A stretch of 64,000 nucleotides of DNA, taken from NCBI GenBank assembly GCA_964187785.1, contig OZ076409.1, positions 3,598,001 through 3,662,000 on the forward strand. The letters run 5' to 3'. The first letter of the stretch is position 1. Every line of letters begins with the position of its first letter. This document shows positions 44,413 to 58,686 of the stretch, one piece after another. Below the pieces are notes generated by a model that ran no database searches, was not told where the DNA came from, and was given only the letters and a program-made list of their open reading frames with translations. Source of the DNA: Amphiscolops sp. MND2022. Its lineage: Eukaryota. The position numbers and the translations under genes are program-made.

Positions 44413-47400
44413 TTGACAATGCTGAACTTGAAGTTGGTTGCCTCAACAAAATATAAAAGCATGCGCACAAAGGACAAAACTATTGTCTTCGATTACCTTC
44501 TTTCTGAAATTATGAAGTTATCTGAAACCATCTCCAATGATTATGTTGAACCTTCAACCTTCATCACGAGCTCGGTCAGTGAATATATCATAATTAAAGA
44601 GGAGCTGACATTCAACGACAACGAGGTAACCCCTGAGGTAACCCATGAGGTTTTTGATTAATGTACCAATCAACAGAAAAAAGGTGAGTTTTCAAACTTC
44701 TAATAAAAGCCCGGAAAAAAGATCAACTCGTTTTGAAAAACGTTACCGGAGCTGTGAAAAAGATTTCACAACACCATGAAACCTTCTGCCTGGGATCAAG
44801 TTTCCTGAAATATCTATACGGGCACAATATAGCCCCGAAAACAACTGTTCACTCGTACCCAGGATCAAAAACAATTGAGAAGATAACGACAATTCGCAAC
44901 TATCCCAAGCAAAATATGAAGAAATAATACTACAAGACGAAACAAACTCCATATCATTTGGAAGGGTAAAACAGTAGATGAACTAATTGAAATCATTAAA
45001 GACAAGTTTGACTCCAAACAAAATCTGGCAATGCAAGTGGCACCTATACTGAATCAGCCGGAACAAATCCAACAAATTTAAGCGTACAACACCACGCTGA
45101 ACGAATTATACTGCGAAGACAACAAGGTCATGGTGATACCCATCTATGATGAACTCAAGGCACAACCAAACTTTGAAAACTACTACTGGGATGAAATTCA
45201 TTTTAACAAGTCATTTGGAAAACTTTTTTTCGTAAACTCAATTGAAAGAAAACTTATTCCTTACTTCACTTTCAAGAAAAATGAATGGCATACCTCAAGT
45301 ACAGCTTCATTTAGGACCATGAGGTATGTTGGAAATAATTCTCGTGGAAAATTTAGTAATACCCGAAGGAATAACTATTCATATCAAAAATTTTACAACC
45401 AGAGTTTTCATACCAGAGTACCCAAGAAATCTTTTTATGAGCAACAATACCATGCTCCTTTCTATAACCATCACCCGTATTGATGCAGTATTGATTTTTT
45501 TGTTCCGATGAAGCGCTATATTTTAAATGATGATCATATTTTCATTTTACAAATCACAATATCGATTGCAACTCCAACATTAAATTTCATGCCTCACGAA
45601 AATACAGATGGGTTGAAACATCAATGGTCTCACCATGTGAGCCAGCAGTTACCAAACACTAAACCTCATTACTGGGACCACCGAGTGCTACTAATCCGTG
45701 CTGGTGACATAGAACAAAATCCCGGTCCATGCCGAATATACAAGTTCATTTGCGAAACCATTCTCTAAAAATAACACAAAACTGAAATATGTTAATTTTA
45801 ACTGTCAAAGTTTGACTCTGAAACGAACCCAAATTGAAACACGCTTAAACGACCTATGTAGAAACACCGCGTACGGTTTCACTGAAACATAGCTCAAAGA
45901 TCACGACCATGTGAAATTTTGGGAAATGAAAACAGACAATTTTGAAACTTTTCCAGTGGACAGAAAAACAAAAAAAAGGTTGAGGAATTATGCTCCTAGT
46001 GCCAAAATCTCTACATCCGAAAGAACGAAATGACATCTAAATCAGAAGGTGTTTGAAAGTCTATGGGTTGAATGTAGCCTGAACAACAACTCATCAATGA
46101 GACGAAAACAACTTATCAATATCAGTTACAATCCACAAAATTCTCTTACTGATGCTTTTCTTGAAGAACTATCCACTAGTATCGACTATGCAGTTGTCGA
46201 GACTAAACCCATCACGTTGATGGGTGATTATAACATCAACTATCTCAACCCCACAGAGAAACAATACTTAGACACATTACAGTCCCATATGGTTTCCGAA
46301 TATTACACACATCAAGCCCGACAAGAATTCAAAATAGTTCAAAATCTTCAATTGACTACATTATCACTGACTTACAATCTAATGAAAACTTTGAAACCAT
46401 GGTTTGCGATACGCCGCTTAGACCTGGAAAAAACACGGACATTGATCATTTAGCTACCGTTTGTATAACTGATATTCGAATGAAATCAAAAAGCAAAGCG
46501 TTTATAAGAGATACTCGACAAATCAAACTACAACAAAGACACACTATGCGATGTAATAAGTCGTAGTAATTGGGAAAATTTTACAATCAAAGCTGCCTCG
46601 AAGGAATGTTTATTACTTTCACACAAATTCTGGAAGATGCTATAAAACATTGTGTTCCAGAAACGTTTTCATGATAAACGACAAAAGCAGCCTTACAATC
46701 CACGAAAACTTGGTCTGCCAAGGAACAAAGAAACTTCACCGAAAATTAGATAGAAGTATTCATCGAACTGATCAAACCTACTTATCACTTGAACGAGATT
46801 TCTTCTGAAAATCTCGAAGCAAACCGCCTTGAATATCAAATAGCAACTTTCAACAACCTGACTACTGAAAAGGACAAATGGAAATTTATAAATGAATCCA
46901 GGAAAGCAAGGCGAACAAAAACTGGAATAACAAGCGCAAAGAATTGTTTCGGCGACCATGTAACAGATCAAAACAAAATTGCAGACCTAATAAATTTTCG
47001 GTTCTGAAAATTAGGGGACTGTATGGGGACTGCTAGGCCTTACGATCCGCCAACAGTACCCGAAACAGAAATCACAAAAAAGTATTTTCGTTTCAACCCA
47101 TCAGTCTTTATGACTGTAAAAAACAGTTATTATGTCTCAATAAAAATAAACCTATAGGACCGTGTAGTATTCCTGCATGGGTTTTGAAAGACTGTAGAAA
47201 CGTCATTGCTGAGCCCCTTTGCTACGTAATCATTGCCTTCATCATAGAAGGAAAATTTCCGAATCATTTGAAACACGCTTTGGTAAGTCCTACTTACAAA
47301 AAGAGAGACAGAGAAGACCCATGCAATTATCGACCCATCTCATTAACCCCTGCCTTATCAAAAAATTTCGAAAAGGTTCTAAGAAAACAAATGAATGAAT

Positions 47401-48720
47401 ATCTGAAGGAAAATCAGTTATTAAGCGAAACACAATTTGGTTTCCGAGCACGTTTTTCAACAACCGATGCATTACTTTATGCTACTGAAACTATCAGGAA
47501 AATTCTAGACGATGGCGAAAATGTCGCAGCAGCTTTCTTGGATTCATCAAAAGCCTTCGATTCCATATCGCATGAAAACTTGTTAAATAAATTAAAGCAA
47601 TATAACTTCGACCCGATGCCAATTTCGATGATACGAAGTTTCCTTTCCGAAAGATACCAATAAGTAACCCTTCCCAGCTGTCGCTCAGATTGGATAAAAC
47701 TAGACCAAGGTGTTCCTCAAGGAACCGTATTCCTCGGTCCATTACTATTTAACATCTACGTTAATGATATGCAACATGAGGTTCAAAATGACTGCAATCT
47801 TTGGCAACACGCAGATGATACCATGGCGTTCAAATCAGATAGAAATATCCACAAAGCAATAGCTCCACGTGAACAAAATGTGAAGAAGTTATTATTCTTT
47901 TTTGAAAGTCACCAGTTGACCATCAATGCTGGCAAGAATGAATTTAAATTTTTTGGTAGAAAAGCAAAAAACGATTCGATGAATATGCTAAAACTCAAAG
48001 TTCATAACCAAGGTATTTCGGCAATTTCTAATGTAAAATATCTCGGTGTTTACCTAGATCAAAACCTAAAGTACCAAATCGAGATCAAATATATCCTCCA
48101 CAAGATGGCACTGGGAATAAAAAGTCTGTACTCTGTACGAGACATATTCCCCCCCCCCCCCAAAAAAGCCAGGAAATTGCTTTAAAACGCCCTAGTGGTG
48201 AGCCACTTGCACTACTCAGCTATCTTACTAAACGGAATTTCAGAAAATCGTATTACTACTCTGGAAAAACAGTTAAATTGGGGAATAAAAGCATGTTTTA
48301 ACCGTTTAAAATATTATCATTCCTCAGATCTCAAAATTCAGCATAATATCCTCCCAGTCTGATATCTCTTCCAAAGCAAAAATGCCAACTTCTACAGAAA
48401 ATGGAAAAACAAAAAATGTCTGGCTTTGAGAGGGAAAATGAAATTTCCTACCGGTGACATAAGATCTCACAAACGAACCAAGAAAGTCTACTTCAACAAC
48501 CAATGCAAAACTGACTCTCTTAAGAAAAGTTTTTTCAATAAAACAGTACCCATATGGAACGAGTTACCTGACAAGCTAAAAATTGGTAGTTGTACCTACA
48601 TAACAACCAAAAAAATATCAAACAAAACTTCCTAAACAAATATATAACGAAAAGACAATTTCGAATATGGAAAAAAGTGTTGGAGTGAATATCGCTTTCG
48701 ATAGATTAGCTGTACTGTAT
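44413..48720 (+). mobile_element. Decayed non-LTR retrotransposon (CR1/L2-like LINE)
   Basis: ORF1 fragments with SGNH-like motifs (CLGSS, SYPG, WDEIHFN), then 2A LLIRAGDIEQNPGP, APE fragments (ESLWVE, LMGDYNIN) and RT fragments (NYRPISL, QFGFR, FLDSSKAFDSISH, GVPQG, HADD, YLGVYLD). Many stops and frameshifts. Confidence 0.9.
45508..48635 (+). pseudogene. LINE ORF2 (2A - APE endonuclease - reverse transcriptase), fragmented
   Basis: Collinear ORF pieces at 45508-45768, 46049-46453, 46789-47007, 47184-47663, 47769-48185 and 48426-48635. Confidence 0.88.
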
Positions 48721-49440
48721 TTGCAAAACATAATAATACTTCTCTCCTACTTAAAAAATTGTTACAAGACTGTAAATACACTGCCTTCTGAAAACAAATA
48801 CAAGATTTGGTCGTTTAATAATGAAGGAAGTACAGTGTTTTTTTAGTATTTAAATCAAACGGGTTTCTTTTTTTTTACAAAATTCGCCAAGCACCAAATT
48901 TTGTATATAACTTTGAGGGTGTTACCCATAGAATTCAACTCACATAAAGCTAGCTTCGTGCGATATGCATTGATGGAGAATTCTAGATTTTTTCAGTTGA
49001 CCCAAAGGACCACATAATGACCCCAAAATAAGTAAATTTGCAAACTTTTCCTATTTTTTACGTTTTAAGGCAATTTTTCGATAGATATCGTGATATAGAA
49101 TGTTGAAAACGTTCAACAAGGCACGAACGCGTTGTCCATTAGTCTAATTATGAGATAATTGCCTATTTTCCCAAGAAAAATACCTCAAATTGACACCAAA
49201 AATGACAAAAACTCAAAATTTTCCATTTTTAAAAGTTTTTTTTGTGGTTTATGTCACAATTTTGACAGACTCCGTTGTTTGGAATGTTAAAATGTAAAAA
49301 CGTTCAACAAGGTAGCATCTCGTTGTCCAGTAGTCTTTAAAGATGAGATAAATTCAGTTTTTTGAACGAAAACGTCTCAAATTGACACCGAAACTGACAA
49401 AAATCCCAAAAATTTTTAGTTTTCAAAAATTTTTTGCAGT

Positions 49441-52400
49441 TTTTTTTCCAAATTTTTGACAAACTCCGGGAAATGGAATGTTGGATAGGGTCAGCAAGGA
49501 ATGAATTGGTTATCCAGAATGCTTAGTGGAGAGATCAATGCAGGTTTTCAAATAAAAAGTGTCTGGAATTGACATCGGAAAAGACAAAAAACTCAAAAAC
49601 CATTTTCACCATTTTTGTTCTTTTTTTGTCAAAATATCGATAGACTTCGTAGACTAGATTGTTAAAGCCCCTGAACAATGGGAAATTTGGTGTTTCCGTG
49701 AGCTTTCGTTGAGAGATAAGTTCACTTTCTAAAAGAAATGCTTCAAATTGATCCTGAAATTGTTGAAAAATTCGAAGATTTTGTCGTCTTTGATGCAATT
49801 TGATGATTTTCCGAGAATTTTCGTAACAAGTTCCAACACAATCAAAAACGACAGAACGAGCAGTGCATTACATTTTTTGAAAATATCGTTTGAGCGTTTT
49901 GCTTCAAAAACACCTCACAATGACTCCCAAAGAGTCGAAAAAACTCAACGTCTTCGACTTTATACAACCAATGTCTACTTTTCTGGAGTCCGGAAGATGG
50001 CAAAAGTTCAAATTTGTTTTTTCCAAATTTTTGACAAACTCCGGGAAATGGAAAGTTGGATAGGGTCAACAAGGAATGAATTGGTTATCCAGAATGCTTA
50101 GTGGAGAGATCAATGCAGGTTTTCAAATAAAAAATGTCTGCAATTGACATCGGAAAAGACAAAAAACTCAAAAACCATTTTCACCATTTTTGTTCTTTTT
50201 TTGTCAAAATATCGATAGACTTCGTAGACTAGATTGTTAAAGCCCCTGAACAATGGGAAATTTGGTGTTTCCGTGAGCTTTCGTTGAGAGATAAGTTCAC
50301 TTTCTAAAAGAAATGCTTCAAATTGATCCTGAAATTGTTGAAAAACTCGAAGATTTTGTCGTCTTTGATGCAATTTGATGATTTTCCGAGAATTTTCGTA
50401 ACAAGTTCCAACACAATCAAAAACGACAGAACGAGCAGTGCATTACATTTTTTGAAAAGATCGTTTGAGCGTTTTGCTTCAAAAACACCTCACAATGACT
50501 CCCAAAGAGTCGAAAAAACTCAACGTCTTCGACTTTATACAACCAATGTCTACTTTTCTGGAGTCCGGAAGATGGCAAAAGTTCAAATTTGTTTTTTCCA
50601 AATTTTTGACAAACTCCGGGAAATGGAAAGTTGGATAGGGTCAACAAGGAATGAATTGGTTATCCAGAATGCTTAGTGGAGAGATCAATGCAGGTTTTCA
50701 AATAAAAAATGTCTGGAATTGACATCGGAAAAGACAAAAAACTCAAAAACCATTTTCACCATTTTTGTTCTTTTTTTGTCAAAATATCGATAGACTTCGT
50801 AGACTAGATTGTTAAAGCCCCTGAACAATGGGAAATTTGGTGTTTCCGTGAGCTTTCGTTGAGAGATAAGTTCACTTTCTAAAAGAAATGCTTCAAATTG
50901 ATCCTGAAATTGTTGAAAAATTCGAAGATTTTGTCGTTTTTGATGCAATTTGATGATTTTCCGAGAATTTTCGTAACAAGTTCCAACACAATCAAAAACG
51001 ACAGAACGAGCAGTGCAATACATTTTTTGAAAAGATCGTTTGAGCGTTTTGCTTCAAAAACACCTCACAATGACTCCCAAAGAGTCGAAAAAACTCAACG
51101 TCTTCGACTTTATACAACCAATGTCTACTTTTCTGGAGTCCGGAAGATGGCAAAAGTTCAAATTTGTTTTTTCCAAATTTTTGACAAACTCCGGGAAATG
51201 GAAAGTTGGATAGGGTCAACAAGGAATGAATTGGTTATCCAGAATGCTTAGTGGAGAGATCAATGCAGGTTTTCAAATAAAAAATGTCTGGAATTGACAT
51301 CGGAAAAGACAAAAAACTCAAAAACCATTTTCACCATTTTTGTTCTTTTTTTGTCAAAATATCGATAGACTTCGTAGACTAGATTGTTAAAGCCCCTGAA
51401 CAATGGGAAATTTGGTGTTTCCGTGAGCTTTCGTTGAGAGATAAGTTCACTTTCTAAAAGAAATGCTTCAAATTGATCCTGAAATTGTTGAAAAATTCGA
51501 AGATTTTGTCGTTTTTGATGCAAGTTGATGATTTTCCGAGAATTTTCGTAACAAGTTCCAACACAATCAAAAACGACAGAACGAGCAGTGCATTACATTT
51601 TTTGAAAAGATCGTTTGAGCGTTTTGCTTCAAAAACACCTCACAATGACTCCCAAAGAGTCGAAAAAACTCAACGTCTTCGACTTTATACAACCAATGTC
51701 TACTTTTCTGGAGTCCGGAAGATGGCAAAAGTTCAAATTTGTTTTTTCCAAATTTTTGACAAACTCCGGGAAATGGAAAGTTGGATAGGGTCAACAAGGA
51801 ATGAATTGGTTATCCAGAATGCTTAGTGGAGAGATCAATGCAGGTTTTCAAATAAAAAATGTCTGGAATTGACATCGGAAAAGACAAAAAACTCAAAAAC
51901 CATTTTCACCATTTTTGTTCTTTTTTTGTCAAAATATCGATAGACTTCGTAGACTAGATTGTTAAAGCCCCTGAACAATGGGAAATTTGGTGTTTCCGTG
52001 AGCTTTCGTTGAGAGATAAGTTCACTTTCTAAAAGAAATGCTTCAAATTGATCCTGAAATTGTTGAAAAATTCGAAGATTTTGTCGTCTTTGATGCAATT
52101 TGATGATTTTCCGAGAATTTTCGTAACAAGTTCCAACACAATCAAAAACGACAGAACGAGCAGTGCATTACATTTTTTGAAAAGATCGTTTGAGCGTTTT
52201 GCTTCAAAAACACCTCACAATGACTCCCAAAGAGTCGAAAAAACTCAACGTCTTCGACTTTATACAACCAATGTCTACTTTTCTGGAGTCCGGAAGATGG
52301 CAAAAGTTCAAATTTGTTTTTTCCAAATTTTTGACAAACTCCGGGAAATGGAAAGTTGGATAGGGTCAACAAGGAATGAATTGGTTATCCAGAATGCTTA

Positions 52401-54609
52401 GTGGAGAGATCAATGCAGGTTTTCAAATAAAAAGTGTCTGGAATTGACATCGGAAAAGACAAAAAACTCAAAAACCATTTTCACCATTTTTGTTCTTTTT
52501 TTGTCAAAATATCGATAGACTTCGTAGACTAGATTGTTAAAGCCCCTGAACAATGGGAAATTTGGTGTTTCCGTGAGCTTTCGTTGAGAGATAAGTTCAC
52601 TTTCTAAAAGAAATGCTTCAAATTGATCCTGAAATTGTTGAAAAATTCGAAGATTTTGTCGTCTTTGATGCAATTTGATGATTTTCCGAGAATTTTCGTA
52701 ACAAGTTCAACACAATCAAAAACGACAGAACGAGCAGTGCATTACATTTTTTGAAAAGATCGTTTGAGCGTTTTGCTTCAAAAACACCTCACAATGACTC
52801 CCAAAGAGTCGAAAAAACTCAACGTCTTCGACTTTATACAACCAATGTCTACTTTTCTGGAGTCCGGAAGATGGCAAAAGTTCAAATTTGTTTTTTCCAA
52901 ATTTTTGACAAACTCCGGGAAATGGAAAGTTGGATAGGGTCAACAAGGAATGAATTGGTTATCCAGAATGCTTAGTGGAGAGATCAATGCAGGTTTTCAA
53001 ATAAAAAATGTCTGGAATTGACATCGGAAAAGACAAAAAACTCAAAAACCATTTTCACCATTTTTGTTCTTTTTTTGTCAAAATATCGATAGACTTCGTA
53101 GACTAGATTGTTAAAGCCCCTGAACAATGGGAAATTTGGTGTTTCCGTGAGCTTTCGTTGAGAGATAAGTTCACTTTCTAAAAGAAAGGCTTCAAATTGA
53201 TCCTGAAATTGTTGAAAAATTCGAAGATTTTGTCGTTTTTGATGCAATTTGATGATTTTCCGAGAATTTTCGTAACAAGTTCCAACACAATCAAAAACGA
53301 CAGAACGAGCAGTGCATTACATTTTTTGAAAAGATCGTTTGAGCGTTTTGCTTCAAAAACACCTCACAATGACTCCCAAAGAGTCGAAAAAACTCAACGT
53401 CTTCGACTTTATACAACCAATGTCTACTTTTCTGGAGTCCGGAAGATGGCAAAAGTTCAAATTTGTTTTTTCCAAATTTTTGACAAACTCCGGGAAATGG
53501 AAAGTTGGATAGGGTCAACAAGGAATGAATTGGTTATCCAGAATGCTTAGTGGAGAGATCAATGCAGGTTTTCAAATAAAAAATGTCTGGAATTGACATC
53601 GGAAAAGACAAAAAACTCAAAAACCATTTTCACCATTTTTGTTCTTTTTTGTCAAAATATCGATAGTCTTCGTAGACTAGATTGTTAAAGCCCCTGAACA
53701 ATGGGAAATTTGGTGTTTCCGTGAGCTTTCGTTGAGAGATAAGTTCACTTTCTAAAAGAAATGCTTCAAATTGATCCTGAAATTGTTGAAAAATTCGAAG
53801 ATTTTGTCGTCTTTGATGCAATTTGATGATTTTCCGAGAATTTTCGTAACAAGTTCCAACACAATCAAAAACGACAGAAAGAGCAGTGCATTACATTTTT
53901 TGAAAAGATCGTTTGAGCGTTTTGCTTCAAAAACACCTCACAATGACTCCCAAAGAGTCGAAAAAACTCAACGTCTTCGACTTTATACAACCAATGTCTA
54001 CTTTTCTGGAGTCCGGAAGATGGCAAAAGTTCAAATTTGTTTTTTCCAAATTTTTGACAAACTCCGGGAAATGGAAAGTTGGATAGGGTTAACAAGGAAT
54101 GAATTGGTTATCCAGAATGCTTAGTGGAGAGATCAATGCAGGTTTTCAAATAAAAAATGTCTGGAATTGACATCGGAAAAGACAAAAAACTCAAAAACCA
54201 TTTTCACCATTTTTGTTCTTTTTTTGTCAAAATATCGATAGACTTCGTAGACTAGATTGTTAAAGCCCCTGAACAATGGGAAATTTGGTGTTTCCGTGAG
54301 CTTTCGTTGAGAGATAAGTTCACTTTCTAAAAGAAATGCTTCAAATTGATCCTGAAATTGTTGAAAAATTCGAAGATTTTGTCGTTTTTGATGCAATTTG
54401 ATGATTTTCCGAGAATTTTCGTAACAAGTTCCAACACAATCAAAAACGACAGAACGAGCAGTGCTTTACATTTTTTGAAAAGATCGTTTGAGCGTTTTGC
54501 TTCAAAAACACCTCAGAACGACTCCCAAAGAGTCGAAAAAACTCAACGTCTTCGACTTTATACAACCAATGTCTACTTTTCTGGAGTCCGGAAGATGGCA
54601 AAAGTTCAA
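49441..54609. repeat. Tandem repeat, 575-bp unit, ~9 near-identical copies
   Basis: Marker gcttagtggagagatcaatgcagg occurs at 49521, 50096, 50671, 51246, 51821, 52396, 52970, 53545 and 54119. Confidence 0.97.
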
Positions 54610-56222
54610 CGAAGATCAAACTCCTAATTCTGTCGGTTTTTAGGAAAATATTTGCAGACTTCGGTTGGGAAATGGGTCAAAATTGGCCACAAAAATCAAA
54701 AATCTCAATTTCAGACATCTTCATTGAATTTTTATTTGAGATTGGAACATTTCGGTAAGATAAAAGCTTCAAAGAGCTACAGATAAGAAACGTGAGGCCA
54801 CAGCACGTTTTTTAGAGAAAAAATTACATATTTTTTGACAGAGAGTTTCCTCATAATGACTCAAACATGCAGAAACTGAGACTTTTTAAGATAAAAAGTT
54901 TTGAAGGCTCAGCAACGACTTATCCTGGTATCCAGTAGGCATTTTTGAAGATAAAGCATTTGTTTGTTGGAATTGGCCTCAAATCACCCAAAATACCAAA
55001 AACAACAAAATGGCACGTTTTTTAACATATTAACCCTTATTTTTGTTCAAAGCACGAAACTTTTTGTAGAATAGAACCACTTTTGATCTGGTTGAATAGG
55101 TTGAAAAACAAACAAACCGAGAACGGTCAAAGTCGGCGCTATATCCAAGGCTCAAGAGTGCAAAGTTTACAAAGTATGTTCATGACATTTTTACGAAAAC
55201 TCGATGTTTCACCCAAAGGAAGCCTTTCCTGCTGGAAAACCGTTTCAAAGTTAAGATATAGCATGCTGGGATGAATGAGAGCGCTTGTTTTCGAACCTCC
55301 GCCTCCGTTTCAGTAAAACGGAAAATAGTTCGGATATAACGTCGAAAATTCGGTTATAGCACTTTACTCCGGATATTACGTTCAAATTTCGGATAGTATT
55401 GGATAGAAATATTGGTGGATATATGTATTGAGAAAGCTTAACGTCAGATGAAATTCGACATATGTCTCAATAATTGACAACAGTCTCATAGTGCAGAAAA
55501 ATGTAAAAGCGGCGACCTTTTTGTCGTTTTTGATGCTATTTGATGAACTTCCGAATGTTTTCGTCACAAGTTCCAACACAATCAAAAACGAAAGAACGAG
55601 CAGTGCATTACATTTTTTGAAAAGAACGTTAAATCGTTTTGCTTCAACAACACTCCAGAATGACTCCCAATGAGTCGAAAAAACTCAACATCTTCGACTT
55701 TATACAACCTATGTCTACTTTTTTGGAGTCAGAATGATGGCAAAAGTTCAAAGAAGATTGAATTCATAGTTCTGTCGGCTTTTAGGAAAATATTTGCAGA
55801 CTTCGGTTGGAAAATGGCGCAAAGTTGGCCGCAAAAAGTCGAAAATCTCAGTTTCATTCATTTTCAGTCACTTTTTATTTGAGATTGGTGAGATAAAAGC
55901 TTCAAAGAGCTACAGATAAGAAACGTGAGGCCACAGCTCGTTTTTTAGAAAAAAAAATACATATTATTTGGCAGAGAATTTCCTCATAATGACTCAAGCA
56001 TGTAGAAACTGAGACTGTTCAAGATCAAAAGTTTTGAGGCTCAGCAACGACTTATCCTGGTATCCAGTAGGCATTTCTGAAGTTATTGCATTTATTTGTT
56101 GGAATTGGCCTCAAATCACCCAAAATACAAAAAAAACAACAGAAAGGCACGTTTTTTGACATATTATCCCCTATTTTTGTTCAAAGCACTAAATATTTCG
56201 TAGAATAGAACCACTTTTGATC
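54380..56222. repeat. Diverged direct duplication (54380-55088 vs 55515-56222) separated by a HINE-like fragment
   Basis: Shared text from ttttgtcgtttttgatgc through gataaaagcttcaaagagctacagataagaaacgtgaggccacagc to gaatagaaccacttttgatctg. Confidence 0.75.
55108..55510 (-). mobile_element. Truncated DINE-1/HINE-like element
   Basis: Starts acaaaccgagaacggtcaaagtcggcgctatatccaaggctcaa; closely similar to 57955-58357. Confidence 0.6.
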
Positions 56223-57954
56223 TGAACGTTGAAACATTAGGCTCATTTATGAAGAGACATCTGTAGATTCAGGTTACAAAAGTTGACAAAAGTGATCCCA
56301 TAGTTGTCGGAAATAATTCCAATTTTTAACACTTCTGGTGGAACTATTTGCAATATTATAACAAAATGGGACCAGTCAAGTTTCTTAAACTTGCAATTGA
56401 CCTAGTTTTAAGCTTATTCCAAGTTCTCATTGCTAAAAATTACCCCAAGAAATACGCCTGAGACACGGAAACAACTTTTCCACAAAAGGTATCACAAAAA
56501 ACTATTTTGAATTTTTCGGTAAAGCTCACGATGGCAAAACAAGTTTCAGCTCACAAACTACCTTTCTCATGCTGAAATCAGCTATGAAATCAAAGGGGTA
56601 CCCTTCGACCAAATGAAATCTTCGGAAAGACACACAGAGCCGAAAGAAAACTGCAATGAGGTATTTTCCACAACCAATAAGAAACATCAACAGTTCCATT
56701 TGATTAAAAGTAACAAAGAGGTCACCCTCAAAACTCAGGAAACCTATTTCCTTTACAGGAAACGTCAAAAACTACAAATTTCGAAAAATAGTTTTCGAAA
56801 ATTGTTTTCGAAAAAAAATGAAAAATTACTTTTACTCGATAAGTCGCATAGTGTTGAAAAAACGAAAACTGGACACCTATCGCAGAAATGAAATAAGTGT
56901 TTCCTTCAAAAATGGGCAAAGATGAATCAAAGCATTTTCTTCGAACTTTTTAGCGTTTTTATAGTGCATTGGTTATTCTTGGGCCTCAAATTCATGTAGT
57001 TGTAGAACAGTTCGGGGCGGAAAAAATCTCAATGCTCAGTGGGCGTTTCGTTTTAAACTCTGTGTATTTCCAGCCACGTATTCCAACACTTGGTGCTCAT
57101 TTTTCAAAGAACGCGTAAATTGGTCAAAATTTGCTATTTTTCTGCGGTTTTTTCTCCTATGAGGTATAGTAAATCACTTGTTTTTGTCTTTCAAATATGT
57201 ATTCCATTTCCAAAAACTTCCATTGCTTGTTTCGTGGGAGTTCTCTGTAGATTTTAAACCGTTAGAAATTCTCAAAAACTACAAAAGTTGCATGAAAATC
57301 AATTAGGAAATTTTTGGATTCGTTTTGGTGTCAGACAACTCAACTGGTGGGTACGTTTTTTGAAAAAAAAACCAAATGTTTCGACACAGATATATGCCAT
57401 CAACCTAACTCAATAACAGTAGAATTCTATGGAAGAAACTCTCTAATTTGGGTGTAAATTTGAAACAGGAAGCAGAGGGAAAAACGCGGCTGTTTGTAAT
57501 TTTGCTTTCCCTTTGGAAGTATGGCCGGGACAAAAACTACACAAACTGTTCCAGTCTATTCAATTTACAAATTACAATATTCTGTTGATAATTTGAAAGC
57601 GACTTAGGATATTCTAAACACTCTCAGATGAGTTTTGTTCATTCAAAAACCATTCAACTTTTCTTGCAACAAGGAAATCAGAGGATTTCGATGAATATTG
57701 ACAAAAATGTTCAAGGTATTTTTCGGTATTGAGATACCAGAAACTGATAGTAACCAAACGGTCGCCGTCCTAAGTAGTTCAACACTTGGAAAAATATTGA
57801 GTCCAGTCAAGCTCAAACATCATGTTCCACTAGTGCCACTTTTGAACTTTCAGACCCATACACTGTATGCTTTTCTGTCCAAAAAATTCCAGCGTTTTTC
57901 AGCAGTTGTTCTTCAAACTTTTCCACATAATTGTTTCTCAATAGGTTGAAATAC

Positions 57955-58686
57955 AAACAAGCCGAGAACGGTCAAAGTCGGCTCTATATCCAAGGCTCAA
58001 GAGTGCAAAGTTTACAAATTATGTTCATGACGTTTGTTTATTACGAAAAACTCGAAGTTTCACCCAAAGGAAGCCTTTCGTGCTGGGAAAACGTTTCAAA
58101 GTTCAGATATGGTGTGCTGGGATAAATGGGAGCGCTTGTTTTCGAACCTCCGCCTCCTCCTCAGTAAAACGGAATATAGTTCGGATATGTCGAAAATTCG
58201 GATATAGCACTTTCCTCCGGATATTACGCTCAAATTTCGGATAGTATTGGAAATAAAAATTATTGGTGGATACATGTATTGAGAAAGCCTAACGTCAGAT
58301 GAAAATCGACAATTGTCTCAATAATCGACAACAGTCTCATAGTGCAGAAAAATGTAAATGGGGGGCCCTATGGGATTTTTCAAAATCTTTTGAGTAAAAA
58401 ATATCAAAAAAAAGAACGGGGGACACTTTAGTACAATCAGAAAATTTTCAAAAAGCCTCAGAGTCGAAAAAATCCAAGTTAAAAACACCAAGATAGCCAA
58501 AGCGGGGATCCTTAGTTGTTTTCGAGGTTCTGAACGTCGGTTTTATAATTTTGGATGAGGTTCGGAGGTTTCCGGTATGTTTTGGTCAAGTTGAACAAAT
58601 GAAAAAGTGGACCTTACGCGTCTTAAAAAAACTATCCACTGTAAGAGACGGGCTCATTTTCTACGAGAATGAGCCTACTAAAAAAC
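57955..58686 (-). mobile_element. DINE-1/HINE-like non-autonomous Helentron-type element
   Basis: Left hairpin gccgagaacggt followed by agtcggctc; right end gagcctact followed by an A-run. Confidence 0.6.

Noticed and set aside
49535..54627. Repeated 76-117 aa ORFs on both strands
   Set aside because: By-products of the 575-bp tandem repeat, broken by single-base indels in some copies.
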